Below are positions 18,458 to 27,988 of a DNA stretch of 64,000 nt, in pieces (position 1 is the first letter of the stretch; every line of letters starts with the position of its first letter). The notes below the pieces were generated by a model. That model saw only the letters and a program-made list of their open reading frames with translations. It was not told the origin of the DNA and ran no database searches. Both the position numbers and the translations under genes were made by a program. Source of the DNA: a virus (taxonomy: Duplodnaviria > Caudoviricetes); IMG/VR virus record IMGVR_UViG_3300033072_001056, positions 3,710 through 67,709 of that record. One strand, given 5' to 3'.

Positions 18458-18771
18458 TGAGTAAGTCACTATCATTGGAATCTTTAGACGATTTACGTCA
18501 AGGAAAAGGAAATTTTGGCGACGCAATTTTAGCGGCCAAAGAAGGACACAAGGTGTCAAGAAAAGGTTGGAACGGAAGCGGAATGTTTGCGTACATTGTG
18601 CCGGCCAATAGTTATCCTGCGCAAACAAAAGTTGCTAAGTCTCATTTTGGAGAAAATGCAATGGTTCCGTATCGTGCGTATTGGGCATTAAAGACCGCGC
18701 AAGAAGATGTAGCTACTTGGGCGCCAAGCGGAAGCGATAGTTTAGCTGAAGATTGGTGTGTTATTGAGTAA
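18457..18771 (+). CDS. DUF2829 protein (Tad2-like Thoeris anti-defence sponge family)
   Basis: FGDAI.A.KEG.KVSRKGWNG.GMF...W.PS.SD.LAEDW signature. Confidence 0.8.
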   Translation: MSKSLSLESLDDLRQGKGNFGDAILAAKEGHKVSRKGWNGSGMFAYIVPANSYPAQTKVAKSHFGENAMVPYRAYWALKTAQEDVATWAPSGSDSLAEDWCVIE

Positions 18772-18792
18772 TACAACACCACAACTAAAAAG

Positions 18793-18824
18793 AAAACCCT
18801 CAATCGAAAGAAAGAGGGTTTTTT
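18793..18824. terminator. Bidirectional intrinsic terminator
   Basis: AAAACCCTC...GAGGGTTTT between convergent genes. Confidence 0.8.
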
Positions 18825-18842
18825 ATTTGATGAATTCGCCAA

Positions 18843-19142
18843 TTATAGAACGAGAAGCAAATCCGAATACACTACGCTTTTATACGTCACTCCGTCAATT
18901 GTAATGTCGCTTGATTTGTAGTTGTCGTACATAACGGTACTGCCTTCTTTTATTTTGCTATCAGAAAGCTCGGATTCTATCAAATTGCCAATTGACAAAA
19001 CCGTTCCTTTTCTGTACTTCTCATTCTTCTCAGTAGCAGACGAAAGGTCTAATCCGCCACTTGTCAAATTCTTTGTTTTTTCTTCTCTAATAATCACGTT
19101 GTAATTCAACGCTTGCCCCGGGAAATTATTGCTCGACTCCAT
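18843..19142 (-). CDS. groES: Co-chaperonin GroES
   Basis: VIIREE...TSGGL...KGTVLSIG...KEGSTVMY. Confidence 0.85.
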   Translation of the reverse strand: MESSNNFPGQALNYNVIIREEKTKNLTSGGLDLSSATEKNEKYRKGTVLSIGNLIESELSDSKIKEGSTVMYDNYKSSDITIDGVTYKSVVYSDLLLVL

Positions 19143-20703
19143 AGGTTCCTCTTTTGTTGTAAATGATGTTATCTGTCATAATCAATGTGTTGCTTGCGGA
19201 AACAGCATTAATCAATGCGTGTTTGATTGCTTTTGTAGAGTCTACGATTCCGGCTTCAATCATATCTACTTCTTTGTAGTTTTTAACGTCGTAGCCCATA
19301 GGGTATTTCCCTATTTTAATACTATTGTCTACAGATGCATTTGATAGTATTTTGTTTAAAGGAGCAATTATTGACTCACTTACAATTTTTGATTTGCATA
19401 CAAAAATACTAGAAGCTCTAAAAAGAGCAACTCCGCCTCCCGCTAAAACACCTTCTTCTCTTGCCGAACGAACAGCACAAACGGCATCATCAACGCGATC
19501 AATTTTCTCTTGCAATTCACTTTCGATAATACTGCCTACTTTTATGATGGAAACACCACCTGATAGTTTTGAAATACGTTCTTTGTTGTATTTCTTTTCC
19601 AATTGGCTTTTTGAAGAATTGGCTATTTGCTCAAGTTCGGCAATTTTAGACTTGATTTTGTCTAATACAGCATCAGTCAAATTAGGAGTTACAATAGTAT
19701 CGGTTTTGCCCGAAACAACTTTTTTACAAGTTCCCATAAACTTCGCTTCACGACCTTTAAAGTCGTCACCCGATAATGGTGTGATTAACTGAGTTTCGCA
19801 AATCATAGCAATATCGTTTAGGTAATCTCTGCGTTTGTTTCCGAAACTTGGCGCATTGACAAGCATACAACTTAGTTTTCCTGATATTACATTTTGCAAA
19901 ATCACATTTTTCACGGGGAAAGATTGAGAATCTGACCAATCGGCAATAACCACAATTTGTCTATTGTTTGCCAAGGCAAATTCTAAGAACGGTTGTATTT
20001 GTCTGAACGTTTTAAATGTGATGTTTGCGCAAACAATTAGCGGATTGTCTTCAAATTCGCAAGTTCTGTTCATAAAATTATTGATGAACAACTCATCTGC
20101 CAATGCTCCTTCTACAAGCGTACCGTCAACGTGGTCTAAATACGTTTCTTCATTTACGCTTCTCGAATAAGATACTGAACCGTACTCTCCCGCTTTAATA
20201 AAAGCATCAGCTACAATCTTGGCGATTTCTTCATCTGAATTTGCCGACGTGTGTGCGATGTCGTAGATTAATTTATCGGTAACGGGAATAGAGATTTCGT
20301 CTAAGTATTTAATGATTAAATCTCGGGATTTTTCAATTTCGTTCTTTACGTCAATTGGCGATTTTCCTTCTTTTATTGCCTTTAAAGAGTTTTCAAAAAA
20401 CGCTTGTAAAAGAACTATAGTACAAGTTGTAGAATCACCAGCGTAATCAACCGTTCTTTGGGACGCTTGTTTGGCAATTTCGCAAGCCATAGATTCAACG
20501 GGGTCGTCAAGAAAAATTGATTGAAGTGTTTTGTAGCCGTCTTTCGTAGGCTCAGGAATTCCAAATTGAGATTCGACAAGAACTGTTCTCCCTCTGTAGC
20601 CCATTGTCGAAGAAACGACTTTTGATAATTTAGTAAGACCGCTCAATAGTCTTTCTTTAGCATCTTCATCAGACGCAATAGTTTTGAGAATTCTTTCGCT
20701 CAT
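19126..20703 (-). CDS. groEL: Phage chaperonin GroEL
   Basis: TMGYRGR, TKDG, AGDSTT, ERISKLSGGVS, DDAVCAVRSAREEGVLAGGG, GIVDSTK; no GGM tail. Confidence 0.95.
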   Translation of the reverse strand: MSERILKTIASDEDAKERLLSGLTKLSKVVSSTMGYRGRTVLVESQFGIPEPTKDGYKTLQSIFLDDPVESMACEIAKQASQRTVDYAGDSTTCTIVLLQAFFENSLKAIKEGKSPIDVKNEIEKSRDLIIKYLDEISIPVTDKLIYDIAHTSANSDEEIAKIVADAFIKAGEYGSVSYSRSVNEETYLDHVDGTLVEGALADELFINNFMNRTCEFEDNPLIVCANITFKTFRQIQPFLEFALANNRQIVVIADWSDSQSFPVKNVILQNVISGKLSCMLVNAPSFGNKRRDYLNDIAMICETQLITPLSGDDFKGREAKFMGTCKKVVSGKTDTIVTPNLTDAVLDKIKSKIAELEQIANSSKSQLEKKYNKERISKLSGGVSIIKVGSIIESELQEKIDRVDDAVCAVRSAREEGVLAGGGVALFRASSIFVCKSKIVSESIIAPLNKILSNASVDNSIKIGKYPMGYDVKNYKEVDMIEAGIVDSTKAIKHALINAVSASNTLIMTDNIIYNKRGTYGVEQ

Positions 20704-20733
20704 TTTTATTAAAATTTAAGTTAAAATGTTAAG

Positions 20734-20765
20734 CAAAAGTACATTGAATTAAATTCATAAGCAAA
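20734..20765 (-). promoter_or_regulatory. groEL-groES promoter
   Basis: TTTG-N20-TACTTTTG on the minus strand. Confidence 0.75.
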
Positions 20766-20844
20766 TTTTTAAACACTATCAATTTATTTTATTACTTTTG
20801 TGACTAACATAGAAGAAATTTATAAACCCTAAAATATACACGAT

Positions 20845-21357
20845 ATGTCACAATGGGATTTTACCGCATCGGGCGGTTCATTAGTAAAGACTTTGGTTGA
20901 TTCGGCAAGTTATGTTGCTCCGAGAACAAAGTCATATACCGCTCCAAAATTCGATATGTCACTTGACAAAATCACCATTTTTGAGCAAGGGAAATACGAT
21001 TCTACGATAAAGTTTCACGAAATTAACGAAATCGACGGTGTTCCTCCGACGGATTTAGCTGATGCTTACACAAAATTACTTGCTTTAGTGCCAACAGCAG
21101 GAGGCGGAGGCGGTACTCAGTACAATAATGTTGATGCTTACGATGAAGACGCAACTTTACCACTCACTTTTGGAGCAGGAACAATTCACTCATTCTCAAT
21201 TGTAGCCAAAACAGGAGACACTACAATCACGATTAACGGAGAAGAAACTGTCGTGATTGAGGGGCAATCTGCAACAGTAACGGTAGACGGCTTAATCGCC
21301 GAAGAAATCTCTATTGATTCTACAACAGGAACATTCTTGGCAACAACTTTATCTTAG
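20845..21357 (+). CDS. Putative virion/tail-associated beta-rich protein
   Basis: T/G/D-rich composition; heads the fibre/lysis region. Confidence 0.45.
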   Translation: MSQWDFTASGGSLVKTLVDSASYVAPRTKSYTAPKFDMSLDKITIFEQGKYDSTIKFHEINEIDGVPPTDLADAYTKLLALVPTAGGGGGTQYNNVDAYDEDATLPLTFGAGTIHSFSIVAKTGDTTITINGEETVVIEGQSATVTVDGLIAEEISIDSTTGTFLATTLS

Positions 21358-21363
21358 TAGGTT

Positions 21364-21708
21364 ATGGGAGTTTCAAATCAAAAGTCTTATACAAGACCTT
21401 ATAAATCTTACGTTGCTTTTTTAAATCAGACAAGCACAAATGCTCCAATAGCAACAGTTTTAGAAAACAAAGATAATTTACAAGTTAATTTTTCGTATGA
21501 TTCTCAAGGTCAATATTCTTGTGAAGTAGCTGGGGCTACAAGCGTTTGTTGTTTTATAACAAATAATAATGGAAGTGTCTTTATTTGGGCTATAAACGAA
21601 GGCTCTTTTATTTATTTTAAGGTTTCTACTTTTACTGAGTTTCCTAATATTGATTATGTTGACGACCAACTTGTTGATACTCCTTTTGAAATTCGTGTTT
21701 ACTCATAA
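21364..21708 (+). CDS. Putative tail-fibre-associated protein
   Basis: YKSYVAFLNQTSTNAP..TVLEN motif. Confidence 0.45.
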   Translation: MGVSNQKSYTRPYKSYVAFLNQTSTNAPIATVLENKDNLQVNFSYDSQGQYSCEVAGATSVCCFITNNNGSVFIWAINEGSFIYFKVSTFTEFPNIDYVDDQLVDTPFEIRVYS

Positions 21709-21733
21709 ATTTTACTAATTTGCAAATTACAAT

Positions 21734-22990
21734 ATGTCAAGCGTACACAACTCAATAAATAGAGGCGGAGGAGGCGGAACATCAATTACTGTTGTTGCCA
21801 ATTATTCTGCATTACCCGACCCTACTACTGTATCGGGTCAATTTTATTGGTGTGAAAATAGCCAAGGTACTGCTTGGTTGCCTGGAAGTTTAGGAGGTAC
21901 TTATTACTCTGCCGGAATGTATTATTCTAACGGCGTATCTTGGTCTTTTATCGCTGTTCCTTATCAAGCAACACAAGACGAAGTAAACACGGGTACAAAT
22001 ACTGATAAATTTGTTACGCCAAGCACATTAAGTAATTCTAATTGGGCTTTTACAACAGCTAAAGTATTAGCGACTACACTTAGCGGACTATCTGTTTTAA
22101 CAGGTGGAACAATAGTTAGTACTGACACTGTTTTAGTGGCTTTTGGTAAATTACAAAATCAAATCAATTCACTTCAAAGTGCTTTGGCAGGTAAAGAAAA
22201 TACAATTACAGCGGGAACTACAGCACAATATTACAGAGGTGACAAGACGTTTCAAACGCTTAATGTAGGCGCGGTTAGTGGATTACAGACTGAACTTGAT
22301 TTAAAAGACGTTTTACCCGTTCTTTACGAGAAACACGCTAACGTTCCCGTTTTTGGGAGCGCATCTCTCAACAACTTAGAAGGTGTTGTGTTTGTTCAAT
22401 CGGGAGCAACTGCAAGAACATTTGCTGATACTAACGTTTACACTCGCAGACAAAGAATGGGGCTAACCGTTGCAGTAACAGGTAACTTAGCACAAGCACG
22501 ACAATCAATTACTTATTTCAATAGAAACTCAAACTTAGATATTATTATAGGTGTTGGATTCGCAGAAAACTGTACAAATGCTAACGTAAGGGCTTTTGCT
22601 GGTGTTACATCAAATACCGCTACATTTTCAAACATTGAGCCTACCGCATTAACTAACTGCATCGGTTTAGCAAAGTTAACCACTTCAAACAATTTGCATT
22701 TAATTCACAACGACAGTAGTGGAACGGCAACGGCTATTGATTTAGGTGCAAGTTTCCCAAGTAATACAGTTGAAACCGACTTCTACATTTTACGTTTAAA
22801 AACTAACGGTAGTAATATCGATTATACAGTTACAAGGGTAAACACAGGCGGTTCTACAAGCGGTACTTTAACAACTGATTTGCCAGCTACTACGCAAGCA
22901 TTGAATTTTGGCTATTATGTAGTTCAAAATACGGGGGCAAATACAACTACGGGAATAGATTATTTCGGAACTAACTTAATTAAATCATAA
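21734..22990 (+). CDS. Tail fibre / receptor-binding protein
   Basis: ATQDEVNTGT, DTVLVAFGKLQNQI and KENTITAGTTAQYYRGDKT fibre repeats. Confidence 0.75.
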   Translation: MSSVHNSINRGGGGGTSITVVANYSALPDPTTVSGQFYWCENSQGTAWLPGSLGGTYYSAGMYYSNGVSWSFIAVPYQATQDEVNTGTNTDKFVTPSTLSNSNWAFTTAKVLATTLSGLSVLTGGTIVSTDTVLVAFGKLQNQINSLQSALAGKENTITAGTTAQYYRGDKTFQTLNVGAVSGLQTELDLKDVLPVLYEKHANVPVFGSASLNNLEGVVFVQSGATARTFADTNVYTRRQRMGLTVAVTGNLAQARQSITYFNRNSNLDIIIGVGFAENCTNANVRAFAGVTSNTATFSNIEPTALTNCIGLAKLTTSNNLHLIHNDSSGTATAIDLGASFPSNTVETDFYILRLKTNGSNIDYTVTRVNTGGSTSGTLTTDLPATTQALNFGYYVVQNTGANTTTGIDYFGTNLIKS

Positions 22991-23352
22991 TGGACAAAAA
23001 AAGATTATTAGAAATTGCTCGTGATTTGTTTCACGGTTATTTAGGATTAGCGTTTGTATATTTTGTTTTTACGCTATCGGGAGCAATATTGTTTACTCAA
23101 GACTCAAAGGCTTTTGGCGTTATGTTGATGAGTGCTATTGGTGGATTAGTGCCAAATGTACCGTTTAATTTATTACAAGGCTTATTATTCGGTATTGATT
23201 CCAAAAGAGACGAGTATTATATTGCTGTAATTGGCGGATTAATGGGAGGTTGGGTGTCTTTATTTTACCCTAACAAAGCAGTAGCTATTGTTATGTTAAG
23301 CATCGGTGTTATTGTCGCTGTAATTGATTTAATTCGTACAAAAAAACAATAA
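22990..23352 (+). CDS. Four-TM membrane protein
   Basis: Four hydrophobic segments. Confidence 0.55.
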   Translation: MDKKRLLEIARDLFHGYLGLAFVYFVFTLSGAILFTQDSKAFGVMLMSAIGGLVPNVPFNLLQGLLFGIDSKRDEYYIAVIGGLMGGWVSLFYPNKAVAIVMLSIGVIVAVIDLIRTKKQ

Positions 23353-23837
23353 TGATAATCTACGGTTTAATAGGACTTGCAATTTTAGGTTTTGCGCTAT
23401 TCATTTACAATGGTGTGAAACAGAAAAAAACCGTTTATGTTGAGCCGAAATTTAGTTATCAGCCAATTGTAAAAACCGATTTAAACAAGCAAGAATTTGA
23501 GTTGTTGAATTTGATTAATTCGCATCGAGATTTTTTAGGATTGCCGGCATTGATTCCCGAAGTATTAGCGTGTCAAGTTTGCCGAGAAGCAATAATTGAA
23601 GATTTGAAATTAGGAGAGAAGCCGAGTCATTATCAATGGGAGCAAAGAAAATTGGCTTGCCAAGCGGCTGATGTGAAAGAAATATTAGCCTACAACATGA
23701 GTGACCCAAGAAGTGTTTTAGCAGGATATTTAAGAAGCCACGACCACCGAAGCGTAGTCGAAAACACCGAAAGTACTCATATAGGAATAAGCTACATCAA
23801 TAAAATAAATTACTGCATTTTTACGCGGTATGAATAA
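23352..23837 (+). CDS. Membrane-anchored CAP/SCP-domain protein
   Basis: LLNLINSHR..LGL..L; EILAYN; YLRSHDHR..V; THIGIS. Confidence 0.75.
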   Translation: MIIYGLIGLAILGFALFIYNGVKQKKTVYVEPKFSYQPIVKTDLNKQEFELLNLINSHRDFLGLPALIPEVLACQVCREAIIEDLKLGEKPSHYQWEQRKLACQAADVKEILAYNMSDPRSVLAGYLRSHDHRSVVENTESTHIGISYINKINYCIFTRYE

Positions 23838-23839
23838 AC

Positions 23840-24124
23840 TTGAACAAAATGAGTTTTTGGAGTGATACATTAAAGCCAAAAGGTAGATACGAATTAAAAA
23901 GAGCAATGGCGGTGAATGCGTTCAATTTTGGGACGCTTTACGCTTTTATGCCTTATTTTAAGCCTGAATTTGAAGTGAAAGAGTTTGTGGTATGGGCTTT
24001 TTTTGGATTTGCTGCGGGGTGCATAGGTATTGCGCTAAGCGAAAAAATTAAGTTCAGCAATAATGATGAATTTGCAAATAACAACAATCAACAGCCAATA
24101 GAACAAATACCACCGCAACAATGA
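23840..24124 (+). CDS. Holin-like two-TM protein
   Basis: Two TM segments directly upstream of the endolysin. Confidence 0.45.
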   Translation: MNKMSFWSDTLKPKGRYELKRAMAVNAFNFGTLYAFMPYFKPEFEVKEFVVWAFFGFAAGCIGIALSEKIKFSNNDEFANNNNQQPIEQIPPQQ

Positions 24125-24462
24125 GCACACACGACAACGAAAGACTTGACAGAATAGAGCATCATTTATCATTGCTTAAAAAAAATGACTCCGACCAAAT
24201 GACATTGCTACTAAATATAGAAAACGCATTAATTGGAAGCAAACAAAACGGACACAAAGGAATTGTTACAGACATAAAAGAAATTGAAGAACGAGTAGAC
24301 GACCTTGATGATTTTAAAAAAGAAGCAAGTGTGTATGTACGTCAATCAAAATTTGTTATTGGAGCAATAATTGTTGCGCTAATTGCGTTGCTTTTTAAAG
24401 CATATTCTCCTCAGCAAAAACAATTTCAAAACGATAATCAAGAACAATCTCAAAATAAATAA
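24121..24462 (+). CDS. Holin/antiholin-like protein (coiled coil plus one C-terminal TM)
   Basis: Topology and position before the endolysin. Confidence 0.5.
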   Translation: MSTHDNERLDRIEHHLSLLKKNDSDQMTLLLNIENALIGSKQNGHKGIVTDIKEIEERVDDLDDFKKEASVYVRQSKFVIGAIIVALIALLFKAYSPQQKQFQNDNQEQSQNK

Positions 24463-24464
24463 AA

Positions 24465-25001
24465 ATGGATCAAATATCTCTTGAAAGACTACAAGCATTA
24501 CATCCCAAGATTCGCCAAGAAGCGATAGAGGATTATACTCATATAAACAACAAATTATTTGGTAAAAGAGTAAGGCTTAGAATTGCGTACGCTCGCAGAA
24601 CAAAAGAGGAGCAAACTGCTCTATATGCGCAAGGAAGAACGGTCTTGTTTGATAAAAAAGGAAAGAGATTAGGCAAGGTTACAAACGCCCAATGGTGGCA
24701 AACAATGCATTTCTACTGTTTAGCGATTGACATTGTAGTTCTTTATGATATTGACGGGAACGGAACTTTTGAAGTAGCAAGTTGGGATTTAGTAAAAGAC
24801 ATGGACGCTGACGGACAATCGGATTGGATGGAGGCTGTAAATTATCTTAGAAGTCGAGGATGGGAATGGGGAGGTTCTTGGAAGTTTAAAGACGCGCCTC
24901 ACTTTCAAAAAACATTTGGACATACTTGGCAATCTCTATACAAAAAATGGCAAAATGGTGATACTTTTGTAGAAAATGGAATCACATACGTTAATATTTA
25001 A
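24465..25001 (+). CDS. Endolysin, M15-family (L-Ala-D-Glu-type) peptidase
   Basis: R..EQ..LYAQGRT; MH.Y.LAIDI; WGG.WK.KD.PHFQ. Confidence 0.88.
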   Translation: MDQISLERLQALHPKIRQEAIEDYTHINNKLFGKRVRLRIAYARRTKEEQTALYAQGRTVLFDKKGKRLGKVTNAQWWQTMHFYCLAIDIVVLYDIDGNGTFEVASWDLVKDMDADGQSDWMEAVNYLRSRGWEWGGSWKFKDAPHFQKTFGHTWQSLYKKWQNGDTFVENGITYVNI

Positions 25002-25013
25002 AATAAAATTACA

Positions 25014-25742
25014 ATGACACAAATCAATTTACTTTCAATTTACGAATTTGCCAAGAAATATTCGGGTTGGATTGTTGCTATAATCTTGTTTTTGACAATG
25101 TACACTTGTCAGCCGAATGTTTCTCACGCAGAAATAATTAAAGAACGAGATGCTCAAAACAAAGAGCTTTCAAATAAAATTGAAAATTTGCTAAATGCCA
25201 ATAAGGAAAAAGACAAGAAAATTGCCGAATCCGAAAATGTAATTTTGCAAAAAGAAAAAACCATCAAGAAATTAAATGACGAAATTGCCAAGGAAAAATC
25301 CAAGGGAGAAAAACAAATCGCCCAACAGAAAAAATACAACCTAAAAGATTGGCAAAAGTATTACGTCGAAAAAACGGGCTATACCGAAAAGGAAATATCA
25401 ATCGGGAATAACACGCTAAATATGACCCGAGAACCGCTTATTGCAATCGGTAATCAACTTGTTCAAGCCGACGTAGTAAAAGCTGAATTAAAAATTACAA
25501 ATCAGAAACTTTTAGAGACTCAAAATATTGTTGTTGAGAAAGACAAAATAATTGAAAATCAAGAACAAAAAATTGTAAATTTGCTAAGTGTTAATGAGTC
25601 AAATGACCAAATCAAAAAAAACTTAGTGAAGAACATTGATGATTTGCAAAGTGACTTAAACCGAGCAAAAAAACCAAAATTAGGAACAATAGCCATAAGT
25701 GCGCTCTTAGGTGGAATAGCCGGAGTAATTTTGGCAAAATAA
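25014..25742 (+). CDS. Spanin-like coiled-coil protein
   Basis: N-terminal hydrophobic segment ending MYTC, long coiled coil, C-terminal TM; follows the endolysin. Confidence 0.55.
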   Translation: MTQINLLSIYEFAKKYSGWIVAIILFLTMYTCQPNVSHAEIIKERDAQNKELSNKIENLLNANKEKDKKIAESENVILQKEKTIKKLNDEIAKEKSKGEKQIAQQKKYNLKDWQKYYVEKTGYTEKEISIGNNTLNMTREPLIAIGNQLVQADVVKAELKITNQKLLETQNIVVEKDKIIENQEQKIVNLLSVNESNDQIKKNLVKNIDDLQSDLNRAKKPKLGTIAISALLGGIAGVILAK

Positions 25743-25751
25743 CATATCAAG

Positions 25752-27731
25752 ATGACGAAGATTTCGAACAAAACAGCCTATCCGCAACAGTCACCATTAA
25801 CTCTTAATGACTACTTTCCTATTACGGACGCAAGCACTAGCGGAAAAGTTACAAAAACAACTACGCTTGAAGAAGTACAAAACTTGCTTTTTGCGGGTCT
25901 TTCGCCTGAAATTGGCGGAACTCTAAAAATAACTCCGGTCGATTACAATGGCGAATTAACTTCTCCGGCAGCGGTAGCAAATCAATTAACTCCGGCACTT
26001 ATTATTGCTCAGTATGAAGTTGTCATATTTTCTGTAAATGGCGATAAGTATGTTCTGAAACTTCAAGATTTGACAATTGGTATTGCGCAACCGGCTATTT
26101 CCGATTCTGATTTTATAATGATTTCCGGATTTGCAAAACTTGGAACCGGAATAAATGTTCTTAAAGGATTCAATTCGTCAACCGGTAAACAAGAATTTTA
26201 CGCTATAAAATCAACCGGCTTAGATGTTTCTATTGTTACCGGTGATATTGTGATAGAAAGTAAAGCAGGGGCAAATTTAGGAGTGTCAGGACAAGCAATA
26301 TACAAAGGCTTAAATTCCACTTCTAAAATTCACGAATTCTACAAGATTGATTCTTCTGACTTTACAATTACCTTGGAAGATAATATTGTAAAAATAAACA
26401 ATCCGGTTGTTGTAGACACGCCAAGATTCTATGTAAACAGCGGATATGACATTGGCGGAACTGCTCCGGAAACCGGTAGCCCATCAAAACCTTTCAAGAC
26501 AATACAAGGTGCTATCGATGCGTTTATTGGAGAGGGAACAGCACAAAACCCTGAGTTTGAAGGTTCTGAAATTATAATTCAAAAAGGAATAGGGTATACA
26601 TTTACCGGTGATTTCGTTCTTAACGGAGCCACGATAATTTTAGAAGAAGGTACAGAAGTGACTTCGAACCCCGGCACGGGTACTTGGTTATGTGACTACG
26701 ATACATTATCAACTACTCAATCTGCTGTTTTAAGCATTATTGTAAATCAAGGCGCTTCGCTAATTTTAAACAAGAATGGCTTTAGAAACAAGGGAACATC
26801 TATAAACAACAATGCTTTTGCAGATGTCAAGTTGATAAGAATTTCCGGAACCGGTACAATACTTCAAAATGTTGTAGACACATCTAATTTTAACTATACA
26901 ATTTTAGAATCAAATTACGTTACTACAAATACATTTAAAAACGATTCTTCCGGTGTTTTTGAGATTCAAGGAGTTTCTTTGTCTGCTTTGACACAACAAA
27001 TATACAAAGTGGGAGGAAATAGTTTGCTTGTTTTTGATGAAGTGAATTTCTTTTCCGGAAACGCGGTTCAAAACGTAAACGTAAACTTAAAGTGCTTTGA
27101 TGCAATAGGTGGTGAGGTGAGAAAAAGTTTTTGTTTGATAGGCGCTGCTAACCAAACCGCAAGAGACGTTTTGTACTCTTTGAGTAAATCTTCTTTAATA
27201 CCGTGTACTTTGCTTATAACCGATTCTGTTTTTTCGGCAAATGTAGACACGCTTTTAAAAAACGAGACTTCACTTCAATCAACGGTAAATATGAAGTCTT
27301 GTAAAACAACTCTTTCTTCTGTTGTAGATATTGCAAAATCTCCAAATACAAAATGGATAAACTTATTTGCTTACAATTGTATATTTGACAGCGGTAGCGT
27401 TGACTATAGCGAAGTTGATTTAACAGCAAACAATACCATTAGTTCGTCAAATATTTTTGGCGGTAAACTAACTGAGAGTTTGCAGATTTTTGGATCAAGA
27501 GCGTTAGCAGTTGCCGGAGGATTAGCAAAAGGAAATGTTTTTGTAAACAGAAAAACTGTTAATGCCGGAAGCTTTGTTGTTGGTGTTGAATACCAAATTT
27601 TAACCATTGGAACAACAGACTTTACCGCAATAGGCGCATCAGCAAATACTGTTGGAATAAATTTCACCGCTTCGGGCGTTGGAACAGGAACCGGAACCGC
27701 GTACGCTCACACACTAGACATTTTAATTTAA
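25752..27731 (+). CDS. Tail spike/fibre protein
   Basis: YVNSGY...TGS.SKPFKTIQGAID motif then beta-helix-like region. Confidence 0.7.
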   Translation: MTKISNKTAYPQQSPLTLNDYFPITDASTSGKVTKTTTLEEVQNLLFAGLSPEIGGTLKITPVDYNGELTSPAAVANQLTPALIIAQYEVVIFSVNGDKYVLKLQDLTIGIAQPAISDSDFIMISGFAKLGTGINVLKGFNSSTGKQEFYAIKSTGLDVSIVTGDIVIESKAGANLGVSGQAIYKGLNSTSKIHEFYKIDSSDFTITLEDNIVKINNPVVVDTPRFYVNSGYDIGGTAPETGSPSKPFKTIQGAIDAFIGEGTAQNPEFEGSEIIIQKGIGYTFTGDFVLNGATIILEEGTEVTSNPGTGTWLCDYDTLSTTQSAVLSIIVNQGASLILNKNGFRNKGTSINNNAFADVKLIRISGTGTILQNVVDTSNFNYTILESNYVTTNTFKNDSSGVFEIQGVSLSALTQQIYKVGGNSLLVFDEVNFFSGNAVQNVNVNLKCFDAIGGEVRKSFCLIGAANQTARDVLYSLSKSSLIPCTLLITDSVFSANVDTLLKNETSLQSTVNMKSCKTTLSSVVDIAKSPNTKWINLFAYNCIFDSGSVDYSEVDLTANNTISSSNIFGGKLTESLQIFGSRALAVAGGLAKGNVFVNRKTVNAGSFVVGVEYQILTIGTTDFTAIGASANTVGINFTASGVGTGTGTAYAHTLDILI

Positions 27732-27743
27732 AAAAAATCAAAT

Positions 27744-27986
27744 ATGACATTGCCAAACAAAATCAGAAGAATTTGCATAGGCGTAGAGCCTAAAAATCAA
27801 TTTGTGTATTCAGTAGGCGGAATTTTCCCTCTTACGGTAAATAAAACAAGAAAAGAGGTTGTAATTGAAAACATCGAAGATTCCGAAAAGTATTTCTTGA
27901 TTTATGTAAACACCGGTGGAGAAGTTCAATTGTGGAAGAAGATTCCAAAAAATGAGTTCACGACTATTGAATTTGAAATTGATTAA
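27744..27986 (+). CDS. Hypothetical phage protein
   Basis: IRRICIG...Y.VG...WKK.P; position upstream of the terminase. Confidence 0.6.
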   Translation: MTLPNKIRRICIGVEPKNQFVYSVGGIFPLTVNKTRKEVVIENIEDSEKYFLIYVNTGGEVQLWKKIPKNEFTTIEFEID

Positions 27987-27988
27987 TT

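Noticed and set aside
19129-20170. Plus-strand ORFs antisense to groEL, and similar shadow ORFs opposite most long genes
   Set aside because: Antisense shadows of well-supported genes with atypical composition.
20845-27731. Diversity-generating retroelement acting on the tail fibres
   Set aside because: No reverse transcriptase and no template/variable repeat pair were seen.
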